DNA from: an uncultured Gammaproteobacteria bacterium
Lineage (GTDB): Bacteria; Pseudomonadota; Gammaproteobacteria; GCA-001735895
Assembly (NCBI GenBank): GCA_964196115.1
Contig: CAXMRQ010000082.1
Coordinates: 1-57,465 of the forward strand
Reading direction: 5' to 3'
DNA: 57,465 bases
Translations under genes and position numbers: made by a program
Part shown: positions 11,591-21,699 of the stretch, one piece after another
How positions within the stretch are numbered: position 1 is the stretch's first letter
Layout: each line of letters opens with the position of its first letter
Notes under the pieces: model-generated
What the model saw: the letters and a program-made list of their open reading frames with translations, nothing else
Told to the model about the DNA's origin: nothing
Databases searched by the model: none

Positions 11591-13246
11591 ATGCATAACA
11601 GCTCTTTAACCCGGTCACCAGCCTGGTTCGCTTTAGTAGAACATCAGTGTCTGCTGGAAAAAATGCAGCTGCGCGATTTGTTCAACGAGGATCCCGCGCG
11701 AGCCGAAAAATTTTCACTGAAGTTCGGCAATCTATTGCTCGATTATTCGAAGAACAGAATCATCGACGAAACGATGGAGCTGCTAGTATCACTCGCGCAG
11801 GAAACCGGTGTCGAGCAGCTGCGTGAGCAGATGTTCGCAGGCGAAAAGATAAACGTCACCGAGCAACGAGCCGTATTACACACTGCCTTGCGAAACCGAT
11901 CCAATGATGCCGTTTTGGTCGATGGCGCAGACGTGATGCCAGCGGTTAATGCAGTGCTGGCACAAATGCGCGAATTTAGCGATGCAGTGCGCGACGGTAA
12001 CTGGCGCGGCTATAACGGTGAGCGCATTCAAGACGTAGTGAACATCGGCATCGGTGGTTCCGACCTGGGTCCACTGATGGTATGCGAGGCACTAAAAGCT
12101 TATCAGCACCCCGAACTGAGGATGCATTTCGTCTCTAACGTCGATGGTACCCACATCAGCGAAACGCTTAAAAAACTGCGCCCGCAATCTACCCTGTTCA
12201 TCGTCGCCTCCAAGACCTTTTCCACACAGGAAACCCTGACCAATGCGCATTCTGCACGAGACTGGTTTCTACAACAGGTCGGCGATGAAAGTGCTATCGC
12301 CAGCCATTTTGTCGCTGTCTCGACTAACACCGAACAGGTTGCCGCATTCGGAATCGACACCGCCAACATGTTCGGATTCTGGGACTGGGTCGGCGGTCGC
12401 TATTCGCTATGGTCGGCGATCGGTTTACCGATTGCGCTCGCCATCGGCATGGATCGATTTGAACAGCTGCTAAGTGGTGCGCACGACATGGACCGGCATT
12501 TCCAGAAGGCACCGTTAGAACAAAACATGCCGGTATTACTGGCGCTGATCGGTATCTGGTATCACAATTTTTTCGGCGCAGAGAGTTACGCAGTCGAGCC
12601 TTATGATCAATATTTACATCGGTTCCCGGCTTATTTGCAACAGCTCGATATGGAAAGTAATGGTAAATCGGTGACTCGTGATAGCGAGTTGATTGACGAC
12701 TATACTACCGGAGCGGTGCTTTGGGGTGAGCCCGGCACCAATGGTCAACACGCGTTTTTCCAGCTACTGCATCAGGGCACAAGACTGGTACCTGTAGATT
12801 TTCTGCTACCAATCCAGAGCCACAACCCGATAGGCAATCATCATACTTTGCTAATGGCGAATTGTTTCGCCCAATCCGAGGCTTTGATGCGAGGCAAGAC
12901 AGAAGCCGAAGCAAAGGCCGAACTTAGTGCTCAAAGCCTGTCCGGCGAGGCGCTCAAGCAACTATTGCCACACAAAATATTTTCCGGTAACCGGCCCAGC
13001 AACACGCTACTGTTTCAGCAACTTAATCCACACACGCTGGGCATGTTGATCGCGCTATACGAACACAAAGTGTTTGTGCAGGGAATAATCTGGAACATCA
13101 ATTCGTTCGATCAATGGGGCGTAGAGCTCGGCAAGCAACTCGCCAGCACTATCGCCAGCGAATTACAGGGCGATGTAAATTCCACATCCCATGACTCATC
13201 AACTAATACATTGATTAACGCGAGCAAAGGCTTAGACACCCTTTAG
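11591..13246 (+). CDS. pgi: Glucose-6-phosphate isomerase
   Basis: [33 protein letters not shown]. Confidence 0.97.
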   Translation: MHNSSLTRSPAWFALVEHQCLLEKMQLRDLFNEDPARAEKFSLKFGNLLLDYSKNRIIDETMELLVSLAQETGVEQLREQMFAGEKINVTEQRAVLHTALRNRSNDAVLVDGADVMPAVNAVLAQMREFSDAVRDGNWRGYNGERIQDVVNIGIGGSDLGPLMVCEALKAYQHPELRMHFVSNVDGTHISETLKKLRPQSTLFIVASKTFSTQETLTNAHSARDWFLQQVGDESAIASHFVAVSTNTEQVAAFGIDTANMFGFWDWVGGRYSLWSAIGLPIALAIGMDRFEQLLSGAHDMDRHFQKAPLEQNMPVLLALIGIWYHNFFGAESYAVEPYDQYLHRFPAYLQQLDMESNGKSVTRDSELIDDYTTGAVLWGEPGTNGQHAFFQLLHQGTRLVPVDFLLPIQSHNPIGNHHTLLMANCFAQSEALMRGKTEAEAKAELSAQSLSGEALKQLLPHKIFSGNRPSNTLLFQQLNPHTLGMLIALYEHKVFVQGIIWNINSFDQWGVELGKQLASTIASELQGDVNSTSHDSSTNTLINASKGLDTL

Positions 13247-13292
13247 TAATGGCCCATATATTGCAATTCTCTAGAACCACCAATAATTAACC

Positions 13293-14855
13293 ATGCCCCA
13301 TATTTTAATGATCGCAGCAGAAAACGACGCCTTACCGGACGGTAAGGTAGGTGGTATCGGCGATGTCGTACGCGATCTACCGAGAGCACTGGTAAAACGT
13401 GACTGCACTATATCGGTGCTGACTCCCTCCTATGGTGCGCTTCACGAGGTACCCGGGGCCGAAAAGATAAGCGATATCAAGGTCAATTTTGCCGGAGCGA
13501 CTCAGATACTTGAGTTATATCGGGTAATCGCTGGTGAAACAAATCCCGGCGTACATCATTACGTCATCGACCATCCGTTATTTAGCACTTGTGGTAAGGG
13601 AAAAATTTACTGTGACGATCCTGCGGGTCGTCCCTTTGCTACCGACGCCAGTAAGTTTGCCCTGTTTTGCCAGGCCGCAGCCAGTGCCATCGTTAAATCC
13701 GCTTTCGCAAAAGTCGATGTGATACACCTGCACGATTGGCATGCAGCATTTTTACTCATTCTGCGCGCTTACGATCCACCCTATAAAGCGTTAAAGTCGA
13801 TCCGCTGCGCCTACACCATCCACAATCTCGCATTGCAGGGAATTCGCCCATTTTCCGGTGACGAGTCCTCGCTGCAACAATGGTATCCCGGCCTGAAGTA
13901 TAAAAGCGCGCTACTCGCTGACCCCAGGTGGCCAGACTGTGTTAATCCGATGGCCGCTGGCATACGGTTGGCCGATGCAGTACACACTGTGTCGCCGTCT
14001 TATGCCGAAGAAATTTTGCGCCCCAGCGAGGTCGCCACCCTCGGTCAATACGGTGGTGAAGGTCTTGAGCAAGACCTGCAGGTTGCGCAGAGCGCTAAGC
14101 GGCTGTTTGGTATTCTCAACGGCTGTGAATATCCGAAAAAATCCACCCTCGTGATAAGCAATTGGGGGAAATCACTGGATTTGATGCAGGACCAGCTACT
14201 GCTGATGGCCGCAGCCAATTCGACTCTCTCCAGCGCACTGTTTATTGCGCAGAAACGTCTTTCTGAGCTAAGCAGAAGACGTCCCAAATTTATACTCACC
14301 AGTGTCGGACGTATCACCGAGCAAAAAGTCCGGCTGCTACGACAGGCTACGAGTTCAGGACGCCCTGCCCTGGAAGCCATATTGCAAAAACTCGGCAACA
14401 ACGGTGTGCTAATCCTGGTCGGAAGCGGTGACACGGACTATGAGCAATTTTTAAGCGAAACCGCAGCACGACATAAAAACTTCATATTCCTGCGCGGCTA
14501 CTCCGAAGAATTGGTGAAGGCACTTTACAGCATGGGTGATCTATTTCTGATGCCAAGTTCTTTCGAGCCTTGCGGCATTAGCCAGATGCTGGCCATGCGA
14601 TCAGGCCAGCCTTGCCTGGTGCACCATGTCGGTGGACTACGCGATACGGTTGAGGATAATGTCACTGGTTTTGCTTTCACTGGTACAAACCCGACTGAGC
14701 AGGCCGATTATCTGCTCGCTACTTTGCAGCGTGCGCTGGTGGCAAAGAGTAAACCTGATAAATGGCAGACTATGCGCAAAAAAGCATCGGCAAAGCGTTT
14801 TAAATGGGCGGATAGCATCGACGCTTATCTGAAACAGCTCTATCAACTCATCTAA
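13293..14855 (+). CDS. glgA: Glycogen synthase (GT5)
   Basis: KVGGIGDV, HLHDWH, TIHNL, MPSSFEPCGISQM, VGGLRDTV. Confidence 0.92.
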   Translation: MPHILMIAAENDALPDGKVGGIGDVVRDLPRALVKRDCTISVLTPSYGALHEVPGAEKISDIKVNFAGATQILELYRVIAGETNPGVHHYVIDHPLFSTCGKGKIYCDDPAGRPFATDASKFALFCQAAASAIVKSAFAKVDVIHLHDWHAAFLLILRAYDPPYKALKSIRCAYTIHNLALQGIRPFSGDESSLQQWYPGLKYKSALLADPRWPDCVNPMAAGIRLADAVHTVSPSYAEEILRPSEVATLGQYGGEGLEQDLQVAQSAKRLFGILNGCEYPKKSTLVISNWGKSLDLMQDQLLLMAAANSTLSSALFIAQKRLSELSRRRPKFILTSVGRITEQKVRLLRQATSSGRPALEAILQKLGNNGVLILVGSGDTDYEQFLSETAARHKNFIFLRGYSEELVKALYSMGDLFLMPSSFEPCGISQMLAMRSGQPCLVHHVGGLRDTVEDNVTGFAFTGTNPTEQADYLLATLQRALVAKSKPDKWQTMRKKASAKRFKWADSIDAYLKQLYQLI

Positions 14856-14866
14856 CTCTACTGATT

Positions 14867-17032
14867 ATGGCGACACTGAAAGATAGTATCGAGACCATCG
14901 CTCGTGGCATCAATCGCGACCCATTTAAAGTTCTGGGACCGCGTATCGCAAGAAAAAACTGGGTGATTCGCAGTTGGCAGCCACAGGCCCGCGCGGTCGA
15001 GTTGGTCACTCCTGACGATAAACCGTTGGCGAAAATGAAACGCATCCATGCCGACGGGTTGTTCGAGGCACGCTTACCTCTGCCAATGGTCGATTATCGG
15101 CTACGCCTGTTCGAGCACGAGCACAGTCGCGTCATCGACGACCCCTACCGTTTTCCATCGCCGCTTGGCGAACTCGACCGTCACCTGATGCGAGAAGGCG
15201 CGCACCTTAAGCTCGACGATAAGCTCGGCGCCAATCTGATAGAAATCGCCGAGGTTAGCGGCGTGCATTTCGCGGTATGGGCACCGAATGCCTGTCGGGT
15301 CAGTGTGGTCGGACCTTTCAACGACTGGGATGGCCGCCGCCACCCGATGCGACTGCATCCCAATAACGGCGTGTGGGATTTATTTATTCCCGGCATGGGC
15401 TCGGGGGAACTTTACAAGTTCGAACTGCTCGATGTCGAAGAGCGCCTATTACCCCTCAAAGCCGACCCGTTTGCGCGACGCATGGAGTCGCCGCCAGGCA
15501 ATGCCTCGATAGTGCATTATGACGATTACCAGTGGCAGGACGATAGCTGGATATCGAAGCGAAGCGAGAAAAATGCGCTCGATAGGCCGATGGCAACCTA
15601 TGAGGTCCATCTTGGATCCTGGCGACGAGGTACCGATAACAATTTCTTAAGCTACCGTGATCTGGCATCCGAACTGGTCTCGTATGTACAGGATATGGGT
15701 TATACCCATATCGAATTACTGCCGGTTACCGAATACCCATTTGACGGCTCGTGGGGTTATCAGCCGGTCGGTCTGTTTGCTCCAACCTGGCGCTTCGGCA
15801 ACCCGGAAGATTTCAAATACCTGGTCGACGCCTGCCACCAGCAGGGGATTGGTGTAATTATGGACTGGGTTCCAGCGCATTTCCCGCGTGACGAATTTGG
15901 TCTGGGCCTGTTCGACGGTAGCCATTTGTACGAACATGCCGATCCGCGCCAGGGTGCGCACCAGGACTGGGGCACGCTGATTTTCAATTTCGGTAGCGCC
16001 GAAGTGGTGAACTATCTGCTCGCCAGCGCCCTGTTCTGGATCGAGGAATACCACATCGATGCTCTACGGGTCGATGCCGTATCTTCTATGTTGTATCTGG
16101 ACTACTCGCGCGAACCCGGTGAGTGGCTACCCAATCGACACGGTGGTAACGAAAATCTCGAAGCGGTGGCTTTTTTACGCCGTATGAACGAACTGGTGCA
16201 TGCCCGTGGAGCTGTCACCATCGCCGAAGAATCCACCGCCTGGCCGCAGGTCTCCGCACCGATATATAGCGGTGGACTGGGTTTTAGCTACAAGTGGAAT
16301 ATGGGCTGGATGAACGACAGCCTGGCATTTTTCAAGGAAGACCCGGTAAATAGAAGCTATCACCAGGATAAACTCACCTTCGGATTACTGTACGCATTTA
16401 ATGAAAACTTTATCCTGCCGCTATCACACGATGAGGTTGTTCACGGTAAGGGTTCGTTGAAGGGGCGCATGCCCGGGGGCGACTGGCAGGCTTTTGCTAA
16501 TTTGCGCCTTTATTACACTTTTATGTACGGTCACCCGGGCAAAAAGCTATTATTCATGGGCGGTGAACTCGCTCAGGAACGCGAATGGAATCACTCAACA
16601 TCGCTCGACTGGCATTTGCTAGACCTTCCTTTGCACGCTGGTGTACAGCAGTTGGTAAGAGACCTTAACCGGCTTTACCGGACAACTCCGGCACTTTATG
16701 AAATAGATTTTGATGCTGGCGGTTTCGAATGGATTGACTGTAGCGACAACCATCAGGGCGTGATTTCATTTTTGCGACGCGGCAAAAATCCGCAGGAATT
16801 AATCGTCGTCGTTTGCAATATGACGCCCGTGGTACGGCATAATTACCGCATTGGAGTACCAACCGCAGGTCGGTATCAAGAGCGACTTAATAGCGATGCC
16901 AGCGCTTACGGCGGCAGTGGCGTCGGTAATCTTGGGGCAGTTGTATCTGATCAGATCCGCGCCCACGACCGTGAATATTCTCTAAGCTTAAACCTGCCTC
17001 CACTTGCCGCTTTAATTTTACAACCAGATTAA
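14867..17032 (+). CDS. glgB: 1,4-alpha-glucan branching enzyme
   Basis: FAVWAPNA, YEVHLGSW, SWGYQP, DWVPAHFP, RVDAV, AEEST, LSHDEVVHGK. Confidence 0.97.
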   Translation: MATLKDSIETIARGINRDPFKVLGPRIARKNWVIRSWQPQARAVELVTPDDKPLAKMKRIHADGLFEARLPLPMVDYRLRLFEHEHSRVIDDPYRFPSPLGELDRHLMREGAHLKLDDKLGANLIEIAEVSGVHFAVWAPNACRVSVVGPFNDWDGRRHPMRLHPNNGVWDLFIPGMGSGELYKFELLDVEERLLPLKADPFARRMESPPGNASIVHYDDYQWQDDSWISKRSEKNALDRPMATYEVHLGSWRRGTDNNFLSYRDLASELVSYVQDMGYTHIELLPVTEYPFDGSWGYQPVGLFAPTWRFGNPEDFKYLVDACHQQGIGVIMDWVPAHFPRDEFGLGLFDGSHLYEHADPRQGAHQDWGTLIFNFGSAEVVNYLLASALFWIEEYHIDALRVDAVSSMLYLDYSREPGEWLPNRHGGNENLEAVAFLRRMNELVHARGAVTIAEESTAWPQVSAPIYSGGLGFSYKWNMGWMNDSLAFFKEDPVNRSYHQDKLTFGLLYAFNENFILPLSHDEVVHGKGSLKGRMPGGDWQAFANLRLYYTFMYGHPGKKLLFMGGELAQEREWNHSTSLDWHLLDLPLHAGVQQLVRDLNRLYRTTPALYEIDFDAGGFEWIDCSDNHQGVISFLRRGKNPQELIVVVCNMTPVVRHNYRIGVPTAGRYQERLNSDASAYGGSGVGNLGAVVSDQIRAHDREYSLSLNLPPLAALILQPD

Positions 17033-17057
17033 ACTTTAAACTAAAAAGCCAATATTT

Positions 17058-19565
17058 ATGAGCGAACAAAAATTATCTACCAGTGTATTCGATGAACTAC
17101 CGCCCCCAGGCCTGGATAGCGTGAGTCTGACACAGGATTTTCAGCGCTATTTTAGCCACACTCTGGGACGCGACAACTACCGCACCTCACCCTACTATCA
17201 ATTTATTGCGCTGGCGATGACTTTGCGCGACCGATTAATGGAAGGCAGTAACAAGACGCGTCATCAGTACGAAAAACACGACAGTCGTCGAGTATGTTAC
17301 CTGTCGATGGAATATCTGCTGGGAAGGAGCCTGCGCAACGCAGCATTGAATCTAAACCTGACTGAAACGCTCGCCGAGGCACTTAACCAGCTTGGCCTAA
17401 GCGAAGAAGACATTGCAGCACGTGAACATGATGCCGGGTTGGGCAACGGTGGCCTGGGGCGGCTCGCGGCCTGTTTTCTCGATAGCTGTGCAACACTCGG
17501 CCTGCCGGTCATCGGATATGGAATCCGTTACAAATACGGAATGTTCCGTCAGGAAATGGTCGATGGATATCAGATCGAAGAGCCGGACGCGTGGCTGCGC
17601 GATGGTCACCCCTGGGAGATCGAACGATCGGAATATCAGCAACTGGTTCAGTTCGGTGGGCGCGTTGAGCGTTATCTGGATGATGCTGGTCGCGGCCATG
17701 CGCGCTGGCTGGATACCCACGACGTAATGGCGATGCCGTTTGATATTCCGGTTCCCGGTTATCGCAATGGCACGGTTAATACCCTGCGACTCTGGTCGTC
17801 GCTGGCTACCGACGATTTTGATCTGGAAGAATTCAACGCCGGCAGCTATACCGAGGCGGTTGCAAGCAAGATTGCGGCTGAGAACATCACCATGGTGCTG
17901 TATCCGAATGATGCCAGTGAAAACGGCAAGGAGCTCCGGCTACGCCAGCAGTATTTTCTTGCCTCGGCGAGCCTCAAGGACGTACTGCGCCAATGGGTAC
18001 ATCGACACGATGAAAACTTCGATGCGTTCGCCGAAAAACATTGCTTTCAACTAAATGATACCCATCCCAGTATCGCTGTCGCCGAACTGATGCGCCTGTT
18101 GATGGACAGCCACGGCCTCGAATGGGATGCGGCCTGGGAAATAACAAGCGCCTGCATGGCATATACTAATCACACCCTGCTACCGGAAGCGCTAGAACGC
18201 TGGCCAGTACGGCTAATGCAGCTGCTGCTACCGCGGGTGATGGAAATTATCCGTGAAATTAATGCCAGATTCATCGCCGAAGTCTCGGCCAATTGGCCGG
18301 ATGATCTCGAACGCCGGCAACGCATGTCGATTATCGACGAAGGCCCCGAACCGATGGTACGCATGGCACATCTCGCCATTGTCGGTAGTTATTCTGTGAA
18401 TGGCGTCGCCGAACTCCATTCCACATTACTCAAACGCGGTCTGTTTCGCGATTTCCACGAGCTCTGGCCGACCAGACTGAATAATAAAACTAACGGCGTC
18501 ACCCAGCGCCGCTGGCTAAAGGCCTGCAATTCCGGACTCGCAGAGTTGATCACTTCGACTATCGGCGAACGTTGGGTGACTGATTTAGACGAGCTGACTA
18601 AACTCACAGCCTATACCGAAGATGCCGGGTTTCGCGAACGCTGGGCGACAGTGAAACACAGCAACAAACAAAAAGTAGTGGCGTTAATCAGGCAGCAGTG
18701 CGAGATCGAACTAGATGCTAATTTCATGTTCGATGTTCAGGTGAAGCGAATGCACGAATACAAGCGTCAGTTGCTGAATGTACTACACGTTATTCACTTA
18801 CTGTTACGCATTCACCGTGGAGATACTTCCGACTGGACTCCACGATGCGTAATTATCGGCGGCAAGGCAGCTCCCGGTTATTTCATGGCGAAGGCCATCA
18901 TTAAATTGATCAATAACGTGGCGCAGGTGGTAAACGCCGACCCAAAAACCGAAGGACTTTTGCGCCTGGTATTCCTGCCGAACTACTGTGTTACTTCGAT
19001 GGAGACGCTCTGTCCCGGCACAGACCTGTCAGAACAGATATCGACCGCAGGCAAGGAAGCATCCGGCACCGGAAATATGAAATTTATGATGAACGGCGCA
19101 CTCACTATCGGTACCCTGGACGGCGCCAATATCGAGATTCGCGACGCGGTCGGAGCGGACAACTTCTTCCTCTGCGGGCTGAATGCCGAAGAGGTGGTAG
19201 CGACACGACCACGCTACGATCCGAAATCGATCATCGCCGCCGATGATGATCTTGCCGAAGTTATGAAAGCGCTACAAATCGGCCAGTTCAACCCGTCAGA
19301 GCCCGGCATTTTTGACCCGATAATTGGCTCCATTAGGAGTCCGCAGGACCCATGGATGACGGCGGCCGATTTCGCCAGCCTGGTCGCAGCGCAAAGACAG
19401 GCTGCTACTGCCTATCGAGATCGTGATCAGTGGATCAAAATGAGCATATTGAATACTGCCGCGAGTGGCCGATTTTCATCCGACCGCACCATTAGCGACT
19501 ACAACAATGATATCTGGCGCCTGCAACCGGTAGAAGTCGGCATCAACGGCTTACCGTCCAAGTGA
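17058..19565 (+). CDS. glgP: Glycogen/alpha-glucan phosphorylase
   Basis: GNGGLGRLAACF, LNDTHP, KRMHEYKRQ, PLP site EASGTGNMKF. Confidence 0.97.
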   Translation: MSEQKLSTSVFDELPPPGLDSVSLTQDFQRYFSHTLGRDNYRTSPYYQFIALAMTLRDRLMEGSNKTRHQYEKHDSRRVCYLSMEYLLGRSLRNAALNLNLTETLAEALNQLGLSEEDIAAREHDAGLGNGGLGRLAACFLDSCATLGLPVIGYGIRYKYGMFRQEMVDGYQIEEPDAWLRDGHPWEIERSEYQQLVQFGGRVERYLDDAGRGHARWLDTHDVMAMPFDIPVPGYRNGTVNTLRLWSSLATDDFDLEEFNAGSYTEAVASKIAAENITMVLYPNDASENGKELRLRQQYFLASASLKDVLRQWVHRHDENFDAFAEKHCFQLNDTHPSIAVAELMRLLMDSHGLEWDAAWEITSACMAYTNHTLLPEALERWPVRLMQLLLPRVMEIIREINARFIAEVSANWPDDLERRQRMSIIDEGPEPMVRMAHLAIVGSYSVNGVAELHSTLLKRGLFRDFHELWPTRLNNKTNGVTQRRWLKACNSGLAELITSTIGERWVTDLDELTKLTAYTEDAGFRERWATVKHSNKQKVVALIRQQCEIELDANFMFDVQVKRMHEYKRQLLNVLHVIHLLLRIHRGDTSDWTPRCVIIGGKAAPGYFMAKAIIKLINNVAQVVNADPKTEGLLRLVFLPNYCVTSMETLCPGTDLSEQISTAGKEASGTGNMKFMMNGALTIGTLDGANIEIRDAVGADNFFLCGLNAEEVVATRPRYDPKSIIAADDDLAEVMKALQIGQFNPSEPGIFDPIIGSIRSPQDPWMTAADFASLVAAQRQAATAYRDRDQWIKMSILNTAASGRFSSDRTISDYNNDIWRLQPVEVGINGLPSK

Positions 19566-19599
19566 TCCAACTGCCGCGTCTGGCTGACACTCAACTGCA

Positions 19600-21699
19600 A
19601 TGAAATCGGCTATCACGTCTGGCGTACCGCTTCCACTCGGCGCTAGCTGGGATGGGCAGGGTGTCAACTTCGCCCTGTTCTCGGCTCACGCGGAAAAGGT
19701 CGAATTGTGCCTGTTTGATTCGAGTGGAAGTCATGAACTCGAACGTATCCCTCTGCCCGAAGTCACCGATCAGGTCTGGCATGGTTATCTGCCCGACTGT
19801 CAGGTTGGCACAATTTACGCTTATCGAGTTTATGGCCCTTACCTGCCAGAATCCGGACACCGCTTTAACCACCACAAGCTATTACTCGACCCCTATGCCC
19901 GGCAACTAAGCGGTGCACTCACCTGGTCCGATACAGTGTACGGATTTCGCTTCGGTGATAAAAAGGCCGATCTCAGTTTCGACGCCACAGACAGCGCCAA
20001 TCATGTGCCCAAAGCTGTGGTGGTCGACGAAACTTTCGACTGGGGTGACGATCAACCACCCCGTACTGCCTGGTCAGAGACAGTCCTCTACGAAGCCCAC
20101 ACACGCGGTTTCACCATGCTTCACCCGGACATCATCGAGTCACAGCGCGGAAAGTTTGCCGGGCTTGCATCTGAGTCAGTAATCGCGCATTTAAAATCAC
20201 TGGGCGTAACCGCGCTTGAATTGCAGCCAGTGCAGGCGTTCATCGACGATGAATTCCTGGTAAAAAAACAGTTAACCAATTATTGGGGCTATAACACGAT
20301 CGGTTTTTTTGCGCCGGAACAAGGTTTTCTGACAAGTGATGATCGCAATGAATTCAAGACCATGGTGAAGCAAATGCACCAGGCGGGTATAGAAGTGATA
20401 CTCGATGTGGTCTACAACCATACGGCTGAAGGCGATCAAAGCGGGCCGACATTGAGTTTTCGTGGCATTGACAATGCCAGCTATTATCGCCTGCCAGAGG
20501 ACAACAAACGCTCATACATCAACGATAGCGGATGTGGCAACACCTTAAATATCAATCACCCGCGCGTGTTACAAATGGTGATCGATAGCCTGCGACACTG
20601 GGTTATTGACATGCATGTCGATGGCTTTCGCTTCGATCTGGCGGTAAGCCTGGGACGCGAGGATCATGGTTTTGATCCACGTAGCGCCTTTTTCACTGCT
20701 ATACAGCAGGATACAGTGCTGTCGCAGGTGAAGTTAATCGCAGAACCCTGGGATCTCGGTCCCGGCGGTTATCAGCTAGGTAACTTCCCCGACCAGTGGG
20801 CAGAGTGGAATGACCGTTTTCGTGACAGCCTACGCCGTTTCTGGCGGGGCGATTCCAATCAACTATCGGATGTAGCGCGTAGCTTGCACGGTTCGAGCGA
20901 TCTGTTTGAACACAATGGCAGACGATCCTCTGCCAGCGTAAACCTGATCACCAGCCACGATGGCTTCACCCTAACTGATCTGGTGAGTTACAACGAACGC
21001 CACAATGAGGCAAATACTGAAAACAACCGCGACGGACATAACGCAAACTTCAGCTATAACTATGGTATCGAAGGGTTTACCGACGACGCAACAATTGGCG
21101 AGCTGCGCGAACGCCAACGCCGTAATATGCTGGCAAGCTTGTTTCTCTCGCAGGGAACGCCAATGTTACTGGCTGGTGACGAGTTGAATCGAAGCCAGCA
21201 GGGCAACAACAACGCTTATTGCCAGGACAACGCGATTACCTGGTATGACTGGTCGCTGCTTGAACAGGAGGCTGATTTTCTCGATTTCGTCCAGCGTCTA
21301 ATCAAGCTACGAAACGATTATCCGCTATTGAGTCGAGATCGTTTCGTCCACGGTGAAGAAAAATTCGCATCGACCGGGTTTGCCGATATTGAATGGCTAA
21401 CGGTGGATGGCAAACCAATGAGTGAGGCTGACTGGCACGACCCGCAGAAGTATTTCCTCGCTATGCTGCTAGCGGGTGAAGGATTGTCAGTGGGTGCCGA
21501 GTCTGCAAAGCAGAAGATCGACTCTACCTTAATCATCGTATTCAACGCCTATTCGAATCCAGTCAGCTTTACTCTACCTCAAACCGAGTACGCCTGGCAC
21601 TGCATATTTACTACTGCCAGTGTCGAACCTGCTTCAACCGCGCTAACGAAGCTAGTTGTCGAACCCCGCTCGGTGCAACTGTTCGAATTACAGATGTGA
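19600..21699 (+). CDS. glgX: Glycogen debranching enzyme
   Basis: NFALFSAHA, NYWGYNT, DVVYNHTAEG, DGFRFDLA, AEPWD, GNNNAYCQDN. Confidence 0.97.
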   Translation: MKSAITSGVPLPLGASWDGQGVNFALFSAHAEKVELCLFDSSGSHELERIPLPEVTDQVWHGYLPDCQVGTIYAYRVYGPYLPESGHRFNHHKLLLDPYARQLSGALTWSDTVYGFRFGDKKADLSFDATDSANHVPKAVVVDETFDWGDDQPPRTAWSETVLYEAHTRGFTMLHPDIIESQRGKFAGLASESVIAHLKSLGVTALELQPVQAFIDDEFLVKKQLTNYWGYNTIGFFAPEQGFLTSDDRNEFKTMVKQMHQAGIEVILDVVYNHTAEGDQSGPTLSFRGIDNASYYRLPEDNKRSYINDSGCGNTLNINHPRVLQMVIDSLRHWVIDMHVDGFRFDLAVSLGREDHGFDPRSAFFTAIQQDTVLSQVKLIAEPWDLGPGGYQLGNFPDQWAEWNDRFRDSLRRFWRGDSNQLSDVARSLHGSSDLFEHNGRRSSASVNLITSHDGFTLTDLVSYNERHNEANTENNRDGHNANFSYNYGIEGFTDDATIGELRERQRRNMLASLFLSQGTPMLLAGDELNRSQQGNNNAYCQDNAITWYDWSLLEQEADFLDFVQRLIKLRNDYPLLSRDRFVHGEEKFASTGFADIEWLTVDGKPMSEADWHDPQKYFLAMLLAGEGLSVGAESAKQKIDSTLIIVFNAYSNPVSFTLPQTEYAWHCIFTTASVEPASTALTKLVVEPRSVQLFELQM